A stretch of 60,067 nucleotides of DNA, filler included, from Platydemus manokwari (lineage: Eukaryota), in assembly GCA_037951405.1 (NCBI GenBank). It is 5 parts of 5 records of this genome, joined end to end, with 100 filler letters (N's around TTAATTAATTAA, not from the genome) between each part and the next. Parts side by side here need not be neighbours in the genome. Positions count along the whole stretch, not along the records: positions 12,460 to 23,386 come from JBBMOY011051078.1; positions 23,487 to 40,393 come from JBBMOY011135883.1; 3 more parts are not named here. The stretch is one strand, 5' to 3'. The notes under the pieces were generated by a model that worked only from the letters and a program-made list of their open reading frames with translations, did no database searches and was not told where the DNA came from. The number at the start of each line of letters is the position of its first letter. Position 1 is the first letter of the stretch. This document shows positions 12,460-23,979 of this stretch, piece by piece. The translations under genes and the position numbers were made by a program.

Positions 12460-15400
12460 TAAAATACCTTTCGAGTCCATAGGAGCAACAGCACATTTTC
12501 AAACATTGATGAGCACAACACTGCCTGATGAACAATATTTCATGATTTTGTTATTTTTGATGAAATATCATATGAAAAATAATGTTTAGATCACCGCAAC
12601 CATATATACTGACTAATATCCATCCTGATTCTTCTATTTTCTAAAAGATTTTTGTCATCCCACATTTGAAAATTTGAATCCCCAACCAAATCTTTATATT
12701 ATGAGCACTGCATTTATTATTTCTTATCGCTTATCACACCTGAATACATTAAATTATCATTGATTGAATCACAGCTTTTAATATCCAGTACAAATTGATA
12801 TAACTTTTCAATTCATGACTCATGAATTATTTTTTTGAAAGATAAATATTTTATTTTAGAAAAATATGTAATATTGGTTTAGGAAACTTAGATTAGTAAC
12901 ACGATTTACAAGTAAAAATATTTTAATTTAAGAATTTTAAAGATAAAAAAGAAGTGTTGTTATAAGAAAAAGAGTTGAGTTTAGTATTTTTATCTTATTT
13001 AAGGAATACGTAATTCACATAATAACAAATGGCATGTTCACTTGGAATTTCGAATTTATTAGTGATTATAAAAATAGCATGAATAAAAATACATAAACGA
13101 TTTCGTTCAATTTTTTTTAATGAACAGATAAAGTAAAGATCCATCCAAAGGAATGTTACAAGAGCTAAAGAAATGTCTTTGATCATTTCCAAAGTTTCGA
13201 TTATTTCCTCAATAATAAAGACCTTGTCCATAAGTATTCTCAATCTACCTCATTAAACTAATATTTATTAATTATTGGTGATTTAAAGTAAACAAAAAGA
13301 TTTATTAAATATTGCAGGACAATCTTAATAATATATAACAATTTAATTCTATGTAGAAAAATGTTAGATAAAAAACCAGTAATTACAATTAATTTTTTAA
13401 AATTTTTTAGAATATTACTGCATTAGAATATTTATTGTAAAATTAAGTGTACATAATTTCTATGAAATATAATATAATATTCATCTTATTACATAATTAA
13501 AGCTCAAATAATTACCAGATCATAATAAGGGATTATGAACACGTAATAATATATTGCAATTGCTGAATATAAAAATGGCAAACAATTATAAATAATCTAT
13601 TAATCACAATTATACAAATTTACCTTCAAACAATCTAATAAAATGTTCAACATAAACGCAAAATAACATCTAATACTTTAACAGCTAACTCTGCTGACTC
13701 CAATACACTGACATTTGACTGGCTCGGTCTCAGTATTTATATTTGTGTTTTGTGTGTTTCACTTTTAATTGATTGTTTTATTTATTGTATATTTATTTTA
13801 TCCATCAATCATAAGATTTGGGGATTAGTCAATCCCTATGCGTGTCTCCTCGTGTAGTTATGTTTCTCGTAAAATTATTATTTTTCTTTTCAAATCATCT
13901 GTGATTCGCTGGTTGTCAAGCTTGTATGATTATTTAGGTGTGCCAATATTTAAATTGCTAAAACAAGGGTTTCAATATACGAAATCATTTTTCTTTTTAA
14001 AGATTTTGTCTTCACTCAACACAATCTAATGTGATATTATTTACTAACTAATAAGCATAGGAGTAATTAGATGAATTACTGAATATATTACCAATTTGCA
14101 GATTAGTTTAGAATGTCACTTAACAAATGAAAATGTTCACAAAAAATTTAAATCAATCTTACTATATAATTATGTTTTTAATATAAAAATAATCTATTAT
14201 ATATGTAAATTTTACTGAAATTTCCTTCTACCTCTAACTGTATAACTTATCCCAAAAAAGTGTGGTCTAATATAATACTGATATAATTCGCTAATATTAT
14301 ATCACCAGTATGATTTTTCTTTTTGTCATTTTCCAACCACGTTTTTTATTCAAATAATTTGCACAATTAAATATTTCACTGCATTTTTATCGTACCTTTT
14401 CAAACGACATCTCTGATATTAAAACTTTCGTGTTCTTTTTCATGAAAGCTGGAATATATTCTTTCATGTGGGAAGAGCACTGAATATGGTAATTATATAC
14501 AGATCTTCAATTAAATTTAAAGAATTTTAGAACTGGGGTTCGAATTTTTTCAGTTACCCATTTTTTCAGTTAATAAACCTTTTTAAAATGCTTTTTCATA
14601 CATTTAAATTTTTCCATTATTGCCATTATATATGCATTATATATATATATTATGTTATTGTTTATTTTTCATTTATTTTTCTCATTAATTCAATTTAATA
14701 ACATATGCTTTTAATACGTTGTTGCTTTTGAACTTTTATGGCTTATTGCTACATTGGTGATAACTCAAGTAAATCCAACTAAACAAAAATTTTCAATGAA
14801 ATAATAAAAACACTAGTATTATTAAATCATATCAACTGTATTTATTGTGAGTAAATTTATAATAAAAAAATAAATAAAATATGCCATAATTTAGTCTACT
14901 TGTTTAAATCTTTTAAGTTATGTTTTAGTGAAAATTATTTTAAAGGTTACTTAAATTTAGTTCGTTTTGAAATTACAATAGATGAAATCAAGTGAAATTC
15001 TAAAATTTCCAATTTTCATTTGATAATAAATTATAGACATATTTATTCCTCAACAAATAATGAAGTTCATTTTTCATTTTCTATTAAACGATATCTTGTA
15101 TTTGGATTATTACAATTTTTCAGTTTCAATTCTCATTTATACTAATATAATTCATAAATTTTCTCATTTGTATATTTTACATAATAGAAGACCATTATTC
15201 TAAAAAAATGTTTAATACGAAAACTTTACATAGTTTATTCGAAATACAATAATATTTATGAATTTTATAAAAATTTCCCTCAACCGTCTTATCTGTTTTG
15301 TCGGCATTCTGAGCAGATTTTTACAAGAAAAATAAAATGATAATAATAGTAATATACCCGATAAAATCGTATAAAATAATACTGCAAGAGTAGATTTTAT

Positions 15401-16958
15401 CACATTGCTTGCAGTTCATATTTCAGAATAACTTAAATCAGAGAAAGAAATAAGGATGTGGGACTTTATAGCGTTCCTCAAAAATAAACCATAATTGAAT
15501 TTCTGAATGTGATACTTGAGTAATAAATTTAATAAATGAAAAATAATTTATAAAAGCATTTGACAAAATCATTTACTAGCAATTGATACAACAAAAAATT
15601 GTAACATGTTATCCTTTCAATGAACGAATATGTTTTTCAAATGTGGAGTGGCATAAAGAATACATTCAATACGGGCATTGTATAAATTATTCGTTGAATT
15701 TACTATCAGAACTACACTATATCGATCAATTCTACCATTGCAATTACTTAAAGATAATGGAATTTTTAATTACTCTGCAAGACAATAACATTTGTGAATC
15801 GGATTGTTTATTTAGTCCAAGATATCATCTAGTCTCCCAATTATTATTTCTTTTGTTCAATGTATTGTTATACTATTTTATTGGGTTATGAGGAATGTAT
15901 ATCTCAATATCTTGACTTGTACGTTGTAATATTTGAATAGTTAGAGAACAAAAGCAAAAGTTAATTAGAATCTAAAATTATAATTAATTGTTTGTGAAAA
16001 TGAATTCGAGAATTCTTGAAAGTTTACCAATTATATGAAAATGAATTCGACCAGTTTTGAATATCAACTTAAATGTAGGTTCTAATTATGTAAATGCCAC
16101 TTAGGATGTTGAATACTTTTTTCATACCTGTAAGGCAAATCTCAAATCGTTTGGACAAGAAATTCAAAACTTATAAATTTGTATGAAAATTCTCTAGAAT
16201 TCCAATAGCAATTAAATAATAAAAGATTTTGAGATAAAACAAGATTGCTAGCATTTATTACAATTTCTATTAAAATTTTTAATTTATCTTGGTATGAAAG
16301 TAAATATTCAAATTTAATAAGCTAATAATGCAGGATATAATTGTTGAAGAAAATAGAATGGTTAGATAAACTAAGAGTTAACTTAGCAATGTTAACTTAA
16401 ATTACAAGTTTAAAATAATATCCGAATGATTAAATTATGAAAATACTGAAGCAGTTATTTTGATTGTCATTAGCTTTGAAAACTCTGGAAATATCAATGG
16501 AAGACGACTAATTAAAACCAATAAATATAAGTCAAGCATACCTGAGAGAATAAAATTTGGTTATACATTAATTTTGGCAGCTGAAATTTATCAGATAAAT
16601 GATTTATAAAGATGCAAATTTCGGTGGATACAAAAATTAATAAAAACTTAATGACTCACATTTTCAGATATAATTTTGCTGATAGTTGAAGTTATTTTTT
16701 TAATAATTTAAACTTATTTTAACTCAAATTATTAGTTTATAACATAATTAATATTTAAAAAATAATATAAATCAAATTTAATAAGCAAAAATCTTTCTCT
16801 TCGTCTTAAGATTTTTAAATTACTTTTAGACCATAATTAAACGAAATATGATATTATTGGTTAAGTAAAATGTTCATATTCAGCTTGCTTAACTCTATCA
16901 TTTGATGATATATTGTTTATTATTGATATTGTTTTGTTCCTTTATCTCATTTGTAAAA

Positions 16959-17704
16959 ATGATATTTTTTCTTGTCATTTTATGTATCCATCTAGATTTC
17001 ACTGTGTCAATATGCTCGATAACTTACAAACAATGTGGATCAATATGTGCTTATCAAATGTTAAATATAGAACAAACATTCTGTGAATCATGTGAAACGT
17101 GTCATTCCGCTGGAGGGAGATTAGCATTGGACATTGAAATAAAATCGTTAAGTAAATGTGTTCCAGAGGAAAAACAATTTTTTACAGGTATGACTGATTT
17201 ATTAAATGAACGATATACGAATAAAACAAAATGGTTGAATATTGATGGATCCTTTATGAATGATGAAATATTATGGCATAGTACGGAACCAAATAATCGT
17301 GGTAATAGAGAAGATTGTTTGGTTTATAGGTCAAATGGGTTAAGCGATTTTCCATGTAACAGTAAACAATCAGTAGTTTGCATAAAAGAAATTTATAAGA
17401 ATAGTGGTTCAAAACATTTCAAAAGAGATAATATAAACATCTACAACGAGGGTGATCAAGATGGATGCTACAAATTTGTAAATTCGAGAAGCAAACTACA
17501 TTGCGGATCATTGTAATTTTTTAAAATTCAGATATTGCATTGATATTTCTTTGTAGATGCCTTGGAAAAGGTAAATGCAATTCTTTCTTTTATAATGATG
17601 TGAGTGGTGCTTGTATATTAGTTATGTATGCAAGCAGCACTATACCTGCGAGCTGGAAGAAATTAAATCAAAATTGGCAAGGATATCATTTTATAAAACA
17701 ATAA
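16959..17704 (+). CDS. Secreted C-type lectin + PAN/apple-like domain protein, 2 exons
   Basis: Hydrophobic signal peptide MIFFLVILCIHLDFTVS. CTLD motifs FFTGMTD, WHSTEPNN..EDC..LSDFPC..VVC. A 44-nt intron (17513-17556) restores HCGSLCLGKGKCNSFFYNDVSGACIL (PAN-like Cys pattern). Stop at 17702-17704. Confidence 0.82.
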
Positions 17705-18227
17705 ACAAAAACTAATACACGATTTTAATTACTATTTTGAACTCATGACTTATTTGACCAGCGGAAATATTATTTCTCTTAGAGGCTGTGCATTTTCGTT
17801 ATTTTATATCGATGTAATTCAGTGATAATGGTAAACAGTAGTATGTATAAAATAAAAATTTGTTACCTAAACTGAAATTAATGATACAGTCCAATTATGA
17901 TACATCTGAATGAAATATTAAAAGAATTTGACGAAAATAAAATTAAACGAGTTAAAGAACAAATTTATTGAAATTGACGTTTTAATGCATTAATCAACAT
18001 TCTAATTGAAATTCGAAACTTACTATTAAGTAAAGTTTTAATTGTTGATATTGGTTTTTTAAAAATTTAATTAAGTTATTGGTACTCCATTTTAGAAATT
18101 AAATAAGCTTCTTTATTAAATTAATTTAAGCTTCGAAGTCACTTTTTTATAAAATAACTCTAAAAATTTTAGATATCAGTTCAATTGCTCATAATGATTA
18201 AAAAAGGGGTACTTTTTAATTATTTGC

Positions 18228-18455
18228 ATTTTGACCTACATTGACCCGTTTTTCAAATAATTAATTTTTAGGAGATTCTAAAAATCCTATGCATTTATTA
18301 TTTGATTTTAAATAACTAAAATTATACTCAAGTACTTAAATAAAAATTTCAAAATGTTATTAAAGAATTTAATTAAATAATCTATATAGATTTTTGCAAT
18401 ACACTCTAAAATTTTATTTCAGGACCCCTTTTTTTAACTTTAGCCAATTATTTTG
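18228..18455. repeat. Copy of one arm of a dispersed foldback/MITE family
   Basis: Aligns by eye directly to 36590-36755 and in reverse complement to 36770-36915. Confidence 0.7.
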
Positions 18456-18929
18456 ATATTTGCCATTTTAAATGTAAGTGTGCATTTTCTTTTGATGTTA
18501 TGAATATTTTGTTCAAGTAATGACCTTATGAATTATGTATGAAATGAACATTTTAATAAATATAAGTTCTTAACTGAAAGTATTTTATGGAAGAAAAATT
18601 TACTTCGTAATATTCATTGATCAATGATTTGAGGCATTTATGAATTTTGTATATCAGCGCCTCCACTTGATTGCAATTAATATTGGTGTTACTTTTCTAT
18701 CTTATGAGAAACACTTATCTAAGTAATTTATGATGGCAATTGTTCTTCCAATGTTATGATTAAATCGTTTATGTGGTTGATTAGACAAGATTTCAAATTT
18801 TTAATCGTGTTATAAATTGAGATTTATTATTGTTTTTATTTTGTTCCTTATTTATTAATTTTTATTTTGATTAATGAACTTGTCTCTTCATAAAAATAAA
18901 CAAAAACAATGAGAATTTCGTTAATAGAA

Positions 18930-19500
18930 ACATTATCTACTGCATTTGCTCTAGAATTTCTTCAAACTTTTGTCATTACAAAGATGTGTTGCATTCATCT
19001 ATAGCTGAATAATTGATGTCTCTCCATATTGGATTCTAACAGATAAATTTAATCAAATGTTTTTCCAGAACTTTTACTAAATCCCATGTCGACTATCCGT
19101 TGTTATTGGTGAGACGTAATAATGATATTATTGGCACACTGTTCATTCCACTAAATTGCATCGCACTCTAAAACGACGTTGCTGAATCTCACGATCTAAT
19201 TTTATTTCAATTAATTATTATCTTCATATTTTCTAAAGTTTTTTGAACGGAATTAATGCAAGTTTAGAATGTTTTTTTTGAAATAAATAAGAATGTTTGT
19301 GGGTCATGATGATACTCATTTTCAAATTCACATATAATCGTGTGATCTAAATAGGCTTTGAACTAATACTTCAGTGAGAACATTTATACTTCTTCAAGTT
19401 TTTTTTAAATGACAAACAATAATGACCGACCTTTCTTTATATAGTTTTCAAGTCTTGCCTTTCAAATATGCCTAGTTCATCGCCTATTAATAATATTTGA
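18930..19500 (-). pseudogene. Highly degenerate Ty3/gypsy integrase remnant
   Basis: Stop-riddled minus-strand translation (LLIGDELGIF...; NNNG*STWDLVKVLEKHLIK...W...AIDECNT) resembles the integrase zinc-binding linker and core end. Confidence 0.3.
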
Positions 19501-20753
19501 ACCTCTAAGATACCAGAAATATGTAATTATTCCAATTAATTTGCACTATAAATTATTTAATTACTGTTTTTTTCTAAATTTTATAAATAAATAACACATT
19601 TCTTTTCCATTAATTATTTATTGGCTTAAAATATTGAGATCATTTTTTGACAAATCATAAGCTAATAGGTTTGGTCAAAAAATTATAGAGTTACACGTTT
19701 CACATTTTCATTGATCATTTTTATTGGTTATCATCTATTTATGTCGGTATATATATTTGTTTGTACCAAAAATATCACATTCAACGAAGATATTTCTAAT
19801 TTTTAAATTATTGGAAAGAGAAGATTTGTGTAAGATCTTTGCTATTAAAGAATTAATGGCAATTGAAATGAGTGGTAAACAAAAATCGTTGTGAATTTTA
19901 AAGAAAGAGTGGCTGATTCTGTTAGAGTTTGAGTTGATTTATTTATTTGAGCCATAATAAATTATGATATTAATTTGAAAGCAAATATCGTAGATACCAG
20001 GCTTAAAGATTTGGATAAGATTAGTGAAATTATTGGAATTTTGAGAAAGAACTTTTAAGATTTACATATATATTGTTCAGAACTTAACAGTTATGCAGCC
20101 GATAATAATAATGATAATCTATTAAATCAGAAATTATAAGTGCATCTTTATTAGTAATTTAGATAAAACAAAAAATATAAATCTATAGAATGTGCAAGAA
20201 TAATTAGTTGAAGCAATTATTTTAATATTGTTTGATGACATTAAAAAGCGTCAATTCTTGGGAAAACTGCCAGTTGGAAGCCAGATTTATGGTTGTTATT
20301 TTGTAAATCTTTTCTAAGTCTTTTTTCAGCAGTACTCAATTGACATACAATTTTAGCCTTCTATTATTCGAGTCAGAGATTAGGTATTTGTTTTAATGAT
20401 CCTAAAATAATAACAAATCGACGATTGATGATTTATTATAACTTTATCTTATGACAGTTAGAGAGACAATAAATATTTCCACCTTACTCTTAATAAATTG
20501 GTTATTTTTGTGGTTATGCCAACATGAAATATATAGCAAACTAATTTAAAATGACATATTCCTTATTGTAAATAAATGATGCAAAGTAATTAGACTGATA
20601 AAATCTGTAGTGATCTGAAAGTATTGATAAGTTACCAATTTTATAAGAAATGAAAATTCCAACAACTTTGTGGAAATTTGACTTATTTTTGCAACTAAAA
20701 TACTTATCAATATTGATTCAATTTAAAAGTGCAGTGAAATAATTTAAATTATC

Positions 20754-20820
20754 AGTAGTATGATACACCACTATCTCACGGCATACCTTGAACCGTGAGA
20801 TGCTGGTGTATCATACTACT
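20754..20820. repeat. 28-bp inverted repeat hairpin with AGTAGT...ACTACT termini
   Basis: agtagtatgatacaccactatctcacgg / ccgtgagatgctggtgtatcatactact, 26/28 paired, 11-nt loop. Confidence 0.92.
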
Positions 20821-21048
20821 CTAAAATTTAGGGCATTGGCAAATATCATAAAAATAACATGCATAAAATTCCAATTAAAATAGTATCCTTAAAAATGAAC
20901 GAAAAAAATTGCGAAATTTGTAACAAGGACATGAAAAATCAAGAAACCATATAGTAATATATATAGGAAAATATATAGGAAAATATATAGCAAAAACCAT
21001 ACAATTTTCCTAATATCTTTTCTTCTTTTAAATCTATCAATTTATAAG

Positions 21049-22023
21049 TTATGGGTTTGGTTTTGGAATACTATCCATTTGATGAATTAATTTAACATCA
21101 GCAACATGTCTCTCTTGTAAATCTTCTTAAATATAATCAAAATCATGATGCATTGCTATTATATCTATTCTATTCACAGGCTGATGATTTTCTTTCGGAA
21201 TTGGTGGTATATCTAATTTTCCAGTTTCATTATAATTATTAACAATTTCATCATAATTTTGTAAATGTTCTTGAAGATTTGTTCCTGGCAAAAACGATTT
21301 AGATTATATTTTACGCAATCATTAGGGGTGATTAAACCCTTCATGCCCACCAACGTTTAGTCTCTGAACAGTTTCCATATTTTCATCATAACGAACTTAG
21401 GAAACTTGCTGCGGGTTGCCCATTTATTTTTTATTCTTCAGCCACAAGCGAGAATAAAATATTCCATCGTTTTTACTAAATAGCAGTCATTACCTGAGAT
21501 CCTTCAAAAGATTTCTCAATTGAAGTAGTAGATGAAGACTTTAGAAGTTCCCCGCAATTTGAAGGTTTTGCATTTTTATTTTTTGAAAGTTTCATTAAAA
21601 ACACTAGCATTGACTATGAATTAACACTCTAGCTCATTTTTGACTCGTATAATTATGTACAGGATTACTTTTGTTTAATGGATTCATACCTTTTAAATGA
21701 AATTTTCCAGGATGGCAACTCGTACTAAATTTATTCAAAAATTGATTATTTGTTATTGCTTCTTGTATATCACCACCTGTGGCTAGCTTTGTAGCATCAC
21801 CTCCTTTGAAACCTTTTAATTTGTTTATTACATTCGTAATTTTATTGGTATTATTCGTATTATTCATACTATTCATATTATTCGTACTAATTATACTATT
21901 TATACTAACATTCGTACTTTGTAGTATGCGACTATTACTTTTTTCATGTTAAGCTTTATTAGATTTTGAAATTTCTTCATTACAAGCACCACAAAAATAA
22001 TTTTTAGAATAATTTTTATTCAT
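21049..22023 (-). pseudogene. Zinc finger + parvovirus-type phospholipase A2 (PF08398-like) Polinton gene, disrupted
   Basis: MNKNYSKNYFCGACNEEISKSNKA*HEKS...GGDIQ...PGKFHLKG...HNYT [about 357-bp insertion, 21289-21645] PGTNLQEHL...PVNRIDIIAMHHDFDYI*EDLQERHVADVKL. Exact DxxAxxHDxxY catalytic motif and downstream AD motif. Confidence 0.85.
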
Positions 22024-22038
22024 TTTTCTACCTAAAAA

Positions 22039-22242
22039 ATGGCTTTTGTTTGGAATCAAAATAAAATAAAATTTAATAATCATACAAATATTCCATCATC
22101 CTTTAGAATGTTAATTGTTGGAAGGATTAAAGATTTGATATATTCTGATTTATTTAGTAATACAATAGAAAAAGATTTTAATTTTCGTGTAAATAAACAA
22201 TGGAACGAGAGATATAAATATATAGCTTTTGATAAAGATTAA
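22039..22242 (+). pseudogene. Internally deleted Polinton packaging ATPase (A32/FtsK-like)
   Basis: HTNIPSSFRMLIVG is the strand that precedes Walker A. It is fused directly to a C-terminal-type motif FNFRVNKQWNERYKYIAFDKD, with Walker A/B absent. Confidence 0.65.
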
Positions 22243-22349
22243 GATGTGATTCTTGCAGATCTGTTTATGGATTATGAATAAAATTATTGAAGGAAATTCG
22301 TTCAAATTTATAATTTAAAAATGAATAGCCGTTAGAAGGAACTTCGTTC

Positions 22350-23250
22350 GATGAATGGAAGTAACTTTGTTCAAATTCAAGGTTATAACATAAACAAAAG
22401 AATAGAAGAATTAAAAAATACTTTCCTTAAATAAATTAAATACTGAAGCTGAAGAAAACCTACGTTCAAATATTTTGTTAAATAAAAGTATTGTTGAATT
22501 TTCTAAACCACTTTTAGCACCAGTTGTACAAAATCAAGAAAAACACCAATTAGCAATTGAAGAAGAAAATAAAGCAATTTAGAAAGAAAATAAAGTTATA
22601 AATGTAAAATTCCAATTGGAGCATAACCAGGTGATATGAGCAGTGAAAATTTGAATATAAATTCAGAAGCATTTTTCGGAAGGAATGCTACAGGAAAAGG
22701 TGATAATATTTTCCCAAGCTTGGTAGAATTAGTATATAATGGAGTCATTTTTCCAAAATTAATTATTAATGAACATGAATTTTTAAATATCAAACATGGG
22801 AAAAAATATTTAAATTTAGCTGATGGTTCTCTTTTTAAATTAAATGAAAACTTATATAATTTAATACTTGAAAGTGGAAAGACTAAAACATGATGGAAAC
22901 TTTCCTGTTAAGGATATAGATGAATATCTAAGATTTTTAAAGAGCGCAAAAATTTCCAATCAACAAATTTGGAAAAATTAAATATTTAACGAGTCTTAAA
23001 CAAGTTAAAACCAGAATGATTGAAGATGTTGCATCAGAAACAGGATTAGAGTAATAAATTAAATAATAAATTAAATATTAATAATAACATTAATAATAAC
23101 ATTAATAATAATCCAATAGAGTTATTTTATGAATTAAGAAAATTATTAGCTGCTAAGAAAGGTTGACATAATAATTCAATAAAATTATATAAATTAAGAT
23201 ATATAACTAAAGATAGAAAAAATAAAATCATGAAAAAATATTTTTAAATT
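22350..23250 (+). pseudogene. Conserved uncharacterised Polinton ORF(s), degenerate
   Basis: Coiled-coil with FSKPLLAP, then LYNLIL...KDIDEYLRFLK, then NNPIELFYELRKLLAAKKG*HNN at 23101-23180, resembling the recurrent Polinton DPNELxxRLxLLxAxxxAG motif. Confidence 0.55.
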
Positions 23251-23386
23251 AAATTTCCTCTAGAAAAAAACTTTAATTTTGTCTTTAAAAAATGTGGATT
23301 AAAAAATTAAATGGAATTTCATTAGATCAAAATATTTATAAATTTAAACATAATATTAAGAAAGAAGATTTATATATTATTAATCC

Positions 23387-23486
23387 NNNNNNNNNNNNNN
23401 NNNNNNNNNNNNNNNNNNNNNNNNNNNNNNTTAATTAATTAANNNNNNNNNNNNNNNNNNNNNNNNNNNNNNNNNNNNNNNNNNNN
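23387..23486. other. Artificial contig spacer
   Basis: 44 N + TTAATTAATTAA + 44 N. Confidence 0.97.
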
Positions 23487-23979
23487 TTAAACAATTCTCT
23501 TATTCATGTAAATAATTATCTTAAATTGTGCAAAATTTATTTTAAAACTTAAAAAACCCTATAATTTCAGGTTTGGTTATTAACATGTGATGTGATAAAC
23601 AATAATGAAGAGTAATAATAGTAGATAGAAGTAAAAATAGAGAACAAATAATAATAACCAAATTATTTTTATTTAAAAAAAATATTCAAATGCTTCGATT
23701 TATTAAAATATAATTAAACTACTGTTTTGAGTAAAATCGACTAATGAAGTTTCATCAATCCAAAGTACCAAAAAGTAACAATAAAAAGTGAAAAATACTA
23801 ATTATTCATTTAAGATTTTATAGTATAAGAATAACAAAAACCTTTAAATGTAAGTGAATTTTCATTGATTTAAAAGGCTATCATTACAATTATTTAGACC
23901 AATTTAGTTTGTTTAAATTTCTCAATTAAAGAAGCCATTATTACGTCAACTAATTTTCATTATTTACTAATACATATTT

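Larger units (their letters stand above)
20890..23386. mobile_element. Decayed Polinton/Maverick (adintovirus-like) endogenous viral segment, truncated by the contig end
   Basis: Compact intronless gene cluster with parvovirus-type PLA2, an A32-like ATPase remnant, conserved Polinton ORF motifs and zinc-finger remnants. Confidence 0.8.

Noticed and set aside
13100-13245. Minus-strand IENTYG... segment as a possible Slo pore exon
   Set aside because: Contains a stop, lacks TxGYG, and lies on a different contig.
15212-15403. FIRFYRVY-like segment as a possible Slo S4 exon
   Set aside because: Wrong splice phase, different contig and low-complexity composition.
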